NCBI RefSeq assembly: GCF_000018105.1
Contig: NC_009925.1
Location: forward strand, 90,001 to 122,000
Length of the DNA: 32,000 nucleotides
Source: Acaryochloris marina MBIC11017
Lineage (GTDB): Bacteria; Cyanobacteriota; Cyanobacteriia; Thermosynechococcales; Thermosynechococcaceae
Direction of reading: 5' to 3'
Numbering within the stretch: position 1 is the stretch's first letter; every line of letters begins with the position of its first letter. The notes below the pieces were generated by a model. It was not told the origin of the DNA. It did not search any database and saw only the letters and a program-made list of their open reading frames with translations. The translations under genes and the position numbers were made by a program. Shown here one piece after another: positions 8,981 to 16,075 of the stretch.

Positions 8981-10365
8981 GGCTCTCCGGGAATTAGCGT
9001 GGTAGCCGCTAGATATAGTGTTTAGGTCACAGCGAATGTCTGATACCCATTGAGGTCAAGAGAAATCCTTTGGAAGAGTCTTTCAATATCGAAAATACCG
9101 TAGCATCGTCTTTTTAAGACTTTGACTCGGTTATTAAATCCTTCCACAAAACCACTGGTCCACCCCTCCAGGAAATAGTTGGTCATCTCGTCCATCCAAT
9201 TATTGATAGTGGTCAGAAAACAATCGAATTCCTTGATGTCACTCTTGAGTACTTGTTTACACCAAGCACGGATGGCACATTTAGCTCCGTGCTTGGTGTA
9301 CCTGCCCTCAAATATCTGCGTGAGTTTCTCTCGGAGGTTGTACGCCTGTTTCAGTTGTGGAGAATAAGCAAACAATCGCTCAAGGAGTTGTTGCTCTGAC
9401 TCTTTCAGATTCTCTGGTCGTTTTCTAAAAGGCCACATCGCGCCTTTGATGCTGTCATACTCTTGCTTAGAGAGCTCTCGTCGTAGACGTTTGACCTCAC
9501 GTTTACGAACCGTATCAGCACAATTACGATAGGCTTTGGTCACATGAAAGCGGTCAATGACAATTTTGGCTTGCGGCAATTGTTCTCGGACTGCACTGAC
9601 AAATCCTTGGTACATGTCCGTACAGACGCGCTCAATGGTTTGGCGTAAATCAATGGGAATCGATTGAAGGAAATTTGCCACTGTCTGCTGTTTACGGTCG
9701 GCTAGAACTGCCAATATATCCACCCCATCCGTCGTAGGAATCGTGATCAAAACCACAAAATCACGATGGCCTCGTTTGAGAGAAATCTCATCCATCCCCA
9801 TAACTTTGAGGTCTGCATATTCGCTCCAGTCAACTTGAGCGGCAATCCAACGATCAATGATTCCACTGACGATATCCTCACTAACGCCTAGTTTTCTGGC
9901 AACATCTGAGACCGTTGAATTGATCAAGATTCGCAGAAGCCAACGCTCATATGCTTTTGTATTGGGACTGCGAGGTTCGTGCCATTCTAAATGTTGAGTT
10001 GTTGTGGGATGGTCATCGCAATACTTGCATCGATAACGCTTGGGCCGAATTTCTAAGTAAACGGGGACTTCAAATAATGGCAGGTGACGAATCCGAAAAG
10101 GCTGATCATGACAATGGAGGTCAGTAATCTCACGTCCGCATTGATGACAGGTTGTTCCTTGAAGCGTACTCTCAATCTTGATGAGCCAATCCCCTCTCTC
10201 AGTCTTCGATAGCTCTAGAACTCGAATATCAGGAAGGTTGAGCGGGATGCGAATTGAGTTATCCATTACGCCATTGCTCTGAAGTACTACCTCAGATCAT
10301 TCCATAGGGATGAAAAAGGAAACACACTAAATGTAGGACTGCTACACGCTAATTCCCAGAGAGCC
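8981..10365 (-). mobile_element. ISL3-family insertion sequence, apparently intact, inserted inside the IS630 transposase gene
   Basis: Terminal inverted repeats: GGCTCTCCGGGAATTAGCGTGGTAGC (8981-) against the reverse complement of the right end, GGCTCTCTGGGAATTAGCGTGTAGCA (ending 10365). A perfect 8-bp target duplication GAAAATTG lies on both sides. It contains one full-length transposase ORF. Confidence 0.9.
9022..10266 (-). CDS. ISL3-family transposase
   Basis: 414-aa intact ORF. The N-terminal zinc-finger region (CHQCG...RYRCKYC) is followed by MGMDEISLKRGHRDFVVLI, VCTDMYQGF, IDRFHV and GFVEGFNNRVKVLKRRCYG, typical of ISL3 transposases. Confidence 0.92.
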   Translation of the reverse strand: MDNSIRIPLNLPDIRVLELSKTERGDWLIKIESTLQGTTCHQCGREITDLHCHDQPFRIRHLPLFEVPVYLEIRPKRYRCKYCDDHPTTTQHLEWHEPRSPNTKAYERWLLRILINSTVSDVARKLGVSEDIVSGIIDRWIAAQVDWSEYADLKVMGMDEISLKRGHRDFVVLITIPTTDGVDILAVLADRKQQTVANFLQSIPIDLRQTIERVCTDMYQGFVSAVREQLPQAKIVIDRFHVTKAYRNCADTVRKREVKRLRRELSKQEYDSIKGAMWPFRKRPENLKESEQQLLERLFAYSPQLKQAYNLREKLTQIFEGRYTKHGAKCAIRAWCKQVLKSDIKEFDCFLTTINNWMDEMTNYFLEGWTSGFVEGFNNRVKVLKRRCYGIFDIERLFQRISLDLNGYQTFAVT

Positions 10366-10373
10366 GAAAATTG
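10366..10373. repeat. right copy of the 8-bp ISL3 target-site duplication (GAAAATTG)
   Basis: Immediately abuts the right IR. Removing the ISL3 element plus one copy restores the IS630 orfA reading frame. Confidence 0.9.
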
Positions 10374-10620
10374 CAGCACTATTCCAGTGTAATGTTTGGA
10401 CCGTTCGCCAAACCCTTCATCGCTGGCAACAGAAGGGATTAGGAAGGCTATGGGATGCACCACATCCGGGTGCTCAGCGACGGTGGCACCCCGAGGATAT
10501 CGAGTATCTTGAAACCTGTTTGCGTCAGGAAGAACGCACCTACAATAGCCAACAACTGTCCCAGAAACTGGCGAAGGAGCGTAACGTTCACTTAAGTGCA
10601 GACCGCATCCGGCAGATTCT

Positions 10621-10636
10621 CAAAAAAAGGGGGTGA
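10621..10636 (+). promoter_or_regulatory. candidate -1 programmed ribosomal frameshift site of the IS630 transposase (A AAA AAA G slippery run before the orfA stop)
   Basis: orfA reads ctc aaa aaa agg ggg tga (stop at 10634-10636). orfB (gtg atc tgg aaa cga..., from 10633) is in the -1 frame. The A7G run at 10622-10629 is a classical slippery heptamer. Confidence 0.5.
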
Positions 10637-11460
10637 TCTGGAAACGAACTCGTCATAGTCACCGCAATAAGCAAGACCCCGTTAAGAAAGCTATCAAACT
10701 CGCTGATTTAGAGATGTTGCAGTGGGCAGCAGCGAGTGGAGAGATTGAGTTGTATTACCTGGATGAGTCTGGTTTTTGCCTATGGATGCCCGTGGAATAT
10801 AGCTATTTCTTCAAGGGAGAGCAAAAGCGGATGGAACAGACTAAACGTAGGGGAAGACGTATCAGTATTTTGGGGCTTCTCCAACCGTTGACGACCTTTG
10901 TTTATGGGCTAGTTGTCGGCAGTTTTAATGCCGACCGTTACATCAAAATAATGGATGAACAAGCATGCCAGGCCCAACAACAACTGGATAAAACTGGACG
11001 AATTCGGGTCATCGTTCAAGACAATGGCTCTAGTCATACTTGCAACAAAGCGAAGCAAAAATGGACACAGTGGCAAACCCAAGGGCTCTATTTGTTCTTT
11101 CTGCCCAAATACTGTTCACAGATGAATCCGAGAAACAGAGTGGCACCAGCTCAAAGCGCACCAATTGAGGGGGCAAATGTTTGAGCATGAGCTGGATTTA
11201 GCCTATGCGGTGATGGATGGCGTGAAGGCTAGAGCGCAAGCGGGAAACTATGAAGTAGAACGATTTAGATTCCCATCACGGCTCGCTGCTTCATGAGCCT
11301 TTACGTGCAGACAATTTTTAAGGCTTGGCTACTTAGCTGATAGTCAATGTCAAACCAACAAAAAATCGTTGCAAACGTTTGTAATTTGATTCCGATTGGG
11401 CTGTCTCTTCAAAATCCAGAGCAAATTCGCTCAAAATTAACAGTTTTGACTTTGAATAAT

Positions 11461-12822
11461 CCTAGTACAATACTCCGGACAGTTTTAATGGTCGATAGCT
11501 CCGTACTTAAGGAGTTTCTGGTAGTTGATGTGGGATTTAATCAAAGTTGGGTCCAACTCAAACATGTCAATAAATAACTCGAGCAGATGCTCATTGAGCG
11601 CCCAACGTTTGAACGATGCTATCGAGAAACGACTGGGCTCCGCTTTTTGACAGTCACGTCTCCAGGCTGCCTTAGCCAAGTTGAGCGCCAATAGGCTGGC
11701 ATTGACATGTGAATCTAGGGCATTGGCATTACGCACTTGACAATGCGTCAGCCCTGTAAACAGTCGAGCATCCCGAAAAATAAACTCAATTTGGAACCGG
11801 GCACTGTAATAGCGATAAATATCATACGGATCTATGTCTAAGTCCGTTGAGAACAAAACGGCATAGCTGTGTTTGCCGTCTTTATGTCCGCACACATAGG
11901 CCATTCGAATCGCCCGCTTGAGTGAAACAGACCACACCACAGCCATATACAACTGGTCTCCCGATTCAAGTTCACAGACAAACGTCAAGTTGCTCGGGTC
12001 TGCTAATTCGACCTTGGCTGCATATCGACGACGACGCCCTTGGCGCTTTTGCGGACCGCGATAGAGAAACTTGAGATTGGCATCGCAGCGGAGCTTACCA
12101 ATGGCATGTCGGTTGATTTGCACAACCGCATTGATCCACTTTCGTTTACTGTAAAATCCATCAGCAACGATATAGCACACACGCTCAGGCAAATAGGAGT
12201 CACACTCAACGAGATGCCCCACGTAAAAATCAACTCGGCTAGTGGGAGATGGGCTGTCCTTGGCTAGTCTGGAGGGCTCAGGGGGCTTGGCTTGTAATCC
12301 AGCTTCGGTCTGTTGAGCTGAGAGGGTATATCCGGTGTGTTGAGCCAGGTCAATAATAGCAATGACAGACCACTCAATCCCCCGTTCTGCACGTTGGGTT
12401 TTACCGTTGAAGAACCAATCTACTCCATGGGTGTAGTGACCACTTTTCTCCACAAAGGTACAGTCGACGGCTGCAATTTGCTCACTCTCTGGAGCTGCGA
12501 CTTCTTCAATAAGAGCGCTGTTAAGAGGCTCCAGACTCAGACCCGCATTAAACTGCCGCCGATAGGTTTTCTCGCATAAATGGCTATAACGGCTGAGGTT
12601 TGTTTAGTTGACTTTGCCACAAACGACGAAAATCGCCGTCATCAGGCTCAGCAAAAACGTCTGTTGGGGTTTGCGAAATGGCCTGCTGATTGCAGCAGAC
12701 CCATTAGAATTGCTTTAAGGGTATCCATCGGTGCAGTCTATTAAAGGATAACTCCACTCTACACGGTGGATGCTTTTCTTCTCACCAGCTACTACAAAAC
12801 TGTCCGGAGTATTGCTAGTAGG
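11461..12822 (-). mobile_element. IS4/IS701-like insertion sequence with an inactivated transposase
   Basis: Inverted repeats: CCTAGTACAATACTCCGGACAGTTTT (11461-11486) against the reverse complement of 12796-12822, CCTACTAGCAATACTCCGGACAGTTTT. Length is about 1.36 kb. Confidence 0.75.
11485..12727 (-). pseudogene. DDE transposase (IS4/IS701-like) with one frameshift and one in-frame stop in the N-terminal part
   Basis: From the ATG at 12727 it reads MDTLKAILMGLLQSAGHFANPNRRFC*. A shifted frame continues FLLSLMTAIFVVCGKVN, then TAA (12604-12606), then TNLSRYSHLCEKTYRRQF...CTFVEKSGHYTHGVDWFF, joining the 322-aa track ORF. The C-terminal YYSARFQIEFIFRDAR fits the Y-x2-R-x3-E signature. Confidence 0.75.
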
Positions 12823-13048
12823 AATTAAGGCCAAAATAGATAAGCAGTCACCATGCCAGTTCAGGTGAGATTGGAGAGCACTTTTAAGTTCGCTATATTA
12901 AGTCATGGGGGTTCTATGGACTGTGGTAATTCGGTTAACCCTCTACTTCTATATACATTTTAATCTTTTTGTCTTATGCCAGTCTAACAAAAACAGTAAC
13001 CAACACAACAGATAATTACAAATTCAAAGAGCACAATACGACTACAAC

Positions 13049-13107
13049 AAGAATAAGTAAATTAATAATTGTATTTGAGACAAGCAATTATTAATTTACT
13101 TATTCTT
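13049..13107. repeat. perfect 23-bp inverted repeat (hairpin) with a 13-nt loop in the AT-rich island
   Basis: AAGAATAAGTAAATTAATAATTG (13049-13071), then loop TATTTGAGACAAG, then CAATTATTAATTTACTTATTCTT (13085-13107). I checked the complementarity base by base. Confidence 0.9.
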
Positions 13108-13140
13108 AATATTAATATACTGAATTATTTAGGAACATAA

Positions 13141-13270
13141 TCCTATATTAGACCTCTTGCAATATTCGTTTCGTGATGTGCTATTTACGCAAAAAATGTC
13201 GCGATCTGACTCGAATTTTAAGTCCTCTACCATATCGTTAGTTGAATTATGCAAGAGGTCTATTATAGCT
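13141..13270. repeat. imperfect inverted-repeat pair, about 25 bp, bounding a roughly 120-bp segment just downstream of the orphan ORF (MITE-like or large stem-loop)
   Basis: A 13-bp perfect core, TAGACCTCTTGCA (13149-13161), pairs with TGCAAGAGGTCTA (13250-13262). Flanking bases bring the match to about 22/25. Confidence 0.6.
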
Positions 13271-13271
13271 A

Positions 13272-13853
13272 TCAACGTCTTGCACGAAAGCGGACATAAA
13301 ATTGATGCCAGTTGGGAAGGTTGACTTTTTTTTCAACTTTTGCTGTGTAAGGACATATAGAAAGTTTTCGCCAGCCACATCTTCTAGTACGAGGTTCATG
13401 ATAAACAACTCTTTTCCAACGGTCATAGGTTGCAAAGCCAGCATCTAAGTCAAGATTTTTATAAAAAATAACTTTCTTTTCGCGTAGAGACTGTACTAAC
13501 ATTTGCTTGAAGAATTGCTTTGAGATATCAGGAAAATTTTGGTTGATTTTCACCCAGTTTTGCTCTACTTTTCCATTAAACCACTTCAAGAAAGGTCCTG
13601 GATTTTCTGCAGCAACTGATGTACTAATTGCTCCAAGACCTTCTACCCAGTCTCCTTCAGTGAAGTTATGCCCCCACACCACTTGCCAACCTTGACTTAA
13701 TTTAGATCTAACTTTATTACGATTACTTGATTCTGCAAATGCTTTAGCTTCTTGTATTGTAATTGTATTTTTAGATATTTTAGGCTCAATACCTGAAGCA
13801 AATGATACACCCAAAGTCAAACAAGCAAAGCTAGTCAATAAATATTTATTCAT
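13272..13853 (-). CDS. orphan hypothetical secreted protein encoded in the AT-rich island
   Basis: The ATG at 13853 is preceded by AAGGAG (aaggagattctaATG). The signal-peptide-like N-terminus is MNKYLLTSFACLTLGVSFASG. I recognise no family. Composition is very different from the surrounding genome. Confidence 0.5.
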   Translation of the reverse strand: MNKYLLTSFACLTLGVSFASGIEPKISKNTITIQEAKAFAESSNRNKVRSKLSQGWQVVWGHNFTEGDWVEGLGAISTSVAAENPGPFLKWFNGKVEQNWVKINQNFPDISKQFFKQMLVQSLREKKVIFYKNLDLDAGFATYDRWKRVVYHEPRTRRCGWRKLSICPYTAKVEKKVNLPNWHQFYVRFRARR

Positions 13854-14078
13854 TAGAATCTCCTTTACATTCAAATCAAACTCAATAGACTTTTGATTCA
13901 ATAAATTAAATTTTCCAGAAAACTTCTAACTTTAATACAGATATCTTTCGATAATTATCAGTAAAATATTAAACAATTCAATCTATCTTTGTCAGTGCAA
14001 AAAAGTGACTACTAGTGACTCCTTTATAGGAATAAGTTGAATTACAGCGAGAGCATATCAACCTTTAAATAGAAAAAA

Positions 14079-14270
14079 GAACAAGCGGCTCAAGAGAAAA
14101 CGGTCTTTGTTCCGGTTGCAACCTGGTGGGTCATTGAGCATTCAAATATTTGGGTAGAGCATTGTAAAAGCCTGACTAAGAACTTTGACCGAACAATTGT
14201 GAATTCAAAAGTAAAAATGGACTTGTGCTTCGTCAGGCTTATGCTGAAGAGACTTGCGGCTAGTTCTTAA
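14079..14270 (+). pseudogene. C-terminal fragment of an IS5-family transposase
   Basis: The frame encodes ...ATWWVIEHSNIWVEHCKSLTKNFDRTIVNSKVKMDLCFVRLMLKRLAASS*. This matches the conserved IS5-family C-terminus (RWVVERsnaW.ErcksL.KnfErt......k..LcFiRLMLkRL). No upstream catalytic part is present. Confidence 0.7.
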
Positions 14271-14298
14271 GATTTCAAATAGGTTCTATAAAATCGCA

Positions 14299-14305
14299 CT
14301 TTTGC
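14299..14305. repeat. left copy of the direct repeat CTTTTGC flanking IS256 (target duplication; the eighth base is ambiguous)
   Basis: Abuts the left IS256 end and is identical to 15653-15659. Confidence 0.75.
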
Positions 14306-15652
14306 GGGACTGTTCAGAGTTTTGTGTAAGCGGTCTAGGATCCAAACACATCAGGAGACCGTACGATGTCTAGAAAGAAAAAAGCTCCCAATCGAGTCGA
14401 TGAACTGTTAGATGAACTCATCGGAGAGAACCCTCAACCGGAAGATATTCTGGGCGAATCAGGACTGCTTAAACGACTCAGCAAACGCCTAGTGGAACGA
14501 GCCCTTGCAGGTGAATTGACTCATCACCTGCAGCAATCCTCCAACGATCAGTCAGGTGATGAGAATTCTAATGGCCCCAGAAATAGTCGCAATGGTTACT
14601 CGAAAAAGACCGTCCAGTCTGAACAAGGAGAGATGGACCTATCGATTCCTCGTGACCGTTGCGGCGAGTTTGAGCCTGTCCTGGTGCCTAAAGGCCAGCG
14701 ACGCATCGCAGGGCTCGATGAGAAAATCATCGCCTTATATGCTCGGGGCATGACCACCCGTGATATTCGAGCCCAATTGGTGGAGCTGTATGGGGCCAAT
14801 ATCTCTGAAGCTCTGATTAGTGACGTCACCAATAGCGTCATGGAAGAGGTCAAAGACTGGCGTTCAAGGCCGCTGGATGAGGTGTATCCGATTGTCTATC
14901 TTGATGCGCTGTATGTGAACATCAAAGTCAATGGTCAAGTCAGCAAGCGAGCTGTCTATGTCGCTTTGGCAGTGACTGTGGAGGGCAACAAGGAACTGTT
15001 GGGATTATGGATAGGAGCCGCTGAACGAGAGGGAGCAAAATTCTGGCTTTCGGTGCTCACAGACCTTAAAAATCGAGGAACTCAGGATATCTTGATTGCT
15101 TGCTGTGATGGACTCAAAGGTTTTCCTCAAGCGATTGAGTCGGTCTACCCTCAGACCCAGGTGCAGGTTTGTATTGTCCATCTTATTCGTAATAGCCTTC
15201 GCCATGTGCCGTGGAAGGAAAGTCGAGCCGTAGCTGCAGACCTCAAGCCCATTTACCAAGCGGCCACTTTGGAAGAGTCTGAGGCTGCGTTGGATGCATT
15301 TGCCCATAAATGGGACGAGACGTATCCTGGCATTAGCCAAATCTGGATACGACATTGGGATAATGTTGCCCCGTTGTTTCAATACCCAATGGCCATCCGT
15401 AAGGTTATCTACACCACCAATGCCATTGAGTCGCTCAACCGCTCACTGAGAAAGGTGATTAAGACCAAAGCGGTTTTCCCTAATGAAGAGTCTGTCTACA
15501 AATTGATGTTTCTAGCGATGAGGAATATTTCGAAGCGATGGACCAGACCAATTCTGAATTGGAAGGCGGCGCTGTCCCATTTTGCTATTCTGTTCCCAAC
15601 ACGATTCAACTATTGAATACACTGCTGCTTACACAAAAATCTAAACACTCTC
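14306..15652 (+). mobile_element. IS256-family insertion sequence, apparently intact
   Basis: Inverted repeats: GACTGTTCAGAGTTTTGTGTAAGC (14308-14331) against the reverse complement of 15627-15650, GAGTGTTTAGATTTTTGTGTAAGC (21/24). The direct repeat CTTTTGC flanks it. Exact ends are uncertain by 1-2 nt. Confidence 0.85.
14366..15616 (+). CDS. IS256-family (mutator-type) transposase
   Basis: 416-aa intact ORF with typical blocks: LLKRLSKRLVERALAGELTHHL, IPRDRCGEFEPVLVPKGQRR, YPIVYLDALYVNIK, CCDGLKGFPQAIESVYPQTQVQVCIVHLIRNSL and YTTNAIESLNRSLRKVIKTK. Confidence 0.92.
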   Translation: MSRKKKAPNRVDELLDELIGENPQPEDILGESGLLKRLSKRLVERALAGELTHHLQQSSNDQSGDENSNGPRNSRNGYSKKTVQSEQGEMDLSIPRDRCGEFEPVLVPKGQRRIAGLDEKIIALYARGMTTRDIRAQLVELYGANISEALISDVTNSVMEEVKDWRSRPLDEVYPIVYLDALYVNIKVNGQVSKRAVYVALAVTVEGNKELLGLWIGAAEREGAKFWLSVLTDLKNRGTQDILIACCDGLKGFPQAIESVYPQTQVQVCIVHLIRNSLRHVPWKESRAVAADLKPIYQAATLEESEAALDAFAHKWDETYPGISQIWIRHWDNVAPLFQYPMAIRKVIYTTNAIESLNRSLRKVIKTKAVFPNEESVYKLMFLAMRNISKRWTRPILNWKAALSHFAILFPTRFNY

Positions 15653-15659
15653 CTTTTGC
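15653..15659. repeat. right copy of the direct repeat CTTTTGC flanking IS256
   Basis: Abuts the right IS256 end. Removing IS256 plus one copy gives ...GYIKGKSAIL on the minus strand, the canonical KGKSA block of IS200 TnpA. Confidence 0.75.
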
Positions 15660-15899
15660 CTTTGATATAACCCATCACATTTAATACAGAGTATTTCGGC
15701 GGAATACTAATCAACATATGAACATGGCCCGGTATCAGGAAGCCTTTTCTATCACACTCTCTTGGTGACGGGCCAGTTCATGAATATTTCCCCAACTAGC
15801 ACCTGAGTTACTATATATGCACTTCTGGCAATATTTTGGAATAAACACCACACGATACTTGCATTCCCACTCAGTATGAAATAGTTTGTGGTATGTTAT
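15653..15899 (-). pseudogene. IS200/IS605-family Y1 transposase (tnpA) remnant, 5' part; continues at about 14291-14305 on the other side of IS256
   Basis: The minus strand reads (ATA)TYHKLFHTEWECKYRVVFIPKYCQKCIY...HELARHQESVIEK, then a frameshift, then GFLIPGHVHMLISIPPKYSVLNVMGYIKGK. An AAGGAG RBS (15905-15910) sits before an ATA where an ATG is expected. The gene is truncated after KGKSAIL by the IS5 fragment. Confidence 0.7.
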
Positions 15900-15952
15900 T
15901 TCGTCTCCTTTGCATTGACATAGAAGAAGACTTTTCTGCCGAAGTATAGGTC

Positions 15953-15987
15953 AAGCCTGACGAGTCCTTCTCCCAAAGCTCAGGCTT
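15953..15987. repeat. 8-bp-stem hairpin upstream of the IS200 tnpA remnant (possible IS200 left-end structure)
   Basis: AAGCCTGA (15953-15960) pairs with TCAGGCTT (15980-15987). IS200-type elements use end-proximal hairpins rather than terminal IRs. Confidence 0.35.
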
Positions 15988-16075
15988 AGAAGTGATAGTT
16001 ATATTACACATGAGATACAAAAACTCTCGAAGAGTCGGGCATCCTAAATGAACTGACTATGGGGGATCCGAATCT

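Larger units (their letters stand above)
8833..11296 (+). pseudogene. IS630-family transposase (orfA/orfB), interrupted by ISL3 and carrying a frame disruption in the DDE domain
   Basis: The HTH part, MGARLRTLLNSSEEQTLFELRTATTVPQRVKDRAAMIRLSHQGMYVEKI, stops at 8980. It resumes in frame after 10373 ([23 protein letters not shown]...ILKKRG*). orfB (10633-) has YLDESG and IVQDNGSSH. After LPKYCSQMNP the expected IETEWHQLKAHQLRGQMFEHEL... continues in another frame (11132-11296), consistent with a 2-nt deletion near 11129. Confidence 0.75.
8751..11335 (+). mobile_element. IS630-family insertion sequence, decayed and split by a nested ISL3 element
   Basis: Imperfect terminal inverted repeats: TAAGTAGCTCAACCTT (8751-8766) against the reverse complement of 11320-11335, TAAGTAGCCAAGCCTT (13/16 match). 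The ends sit in TA context. Without the ISL3 insert and its duplication the element would be about 1.19 kb, a typical IS630 size. Confidence 0.65.

Noticed and set aside
11347-11577. 76-aa plus-strand ORF.
   Set aside because: It runs from non-coding spacer across the left inverted repeat of the IS4-like element and overlaps the transposase 3' end. It has no RBS or motifs.
11451-12830. Possible target-site duplication for the IS4-like element (AAT on both flanks).
   Set aside because: A 3-bp match in AT-rich context is not distinguishable from chance.
12853-12960. 35-codon plus-strand ORF (MPVQVRLESTFKFAILSHGG...) at the left edge of the AT-rich island.
   Set aside because: It is short, and I could find no RBS or family resemblance.
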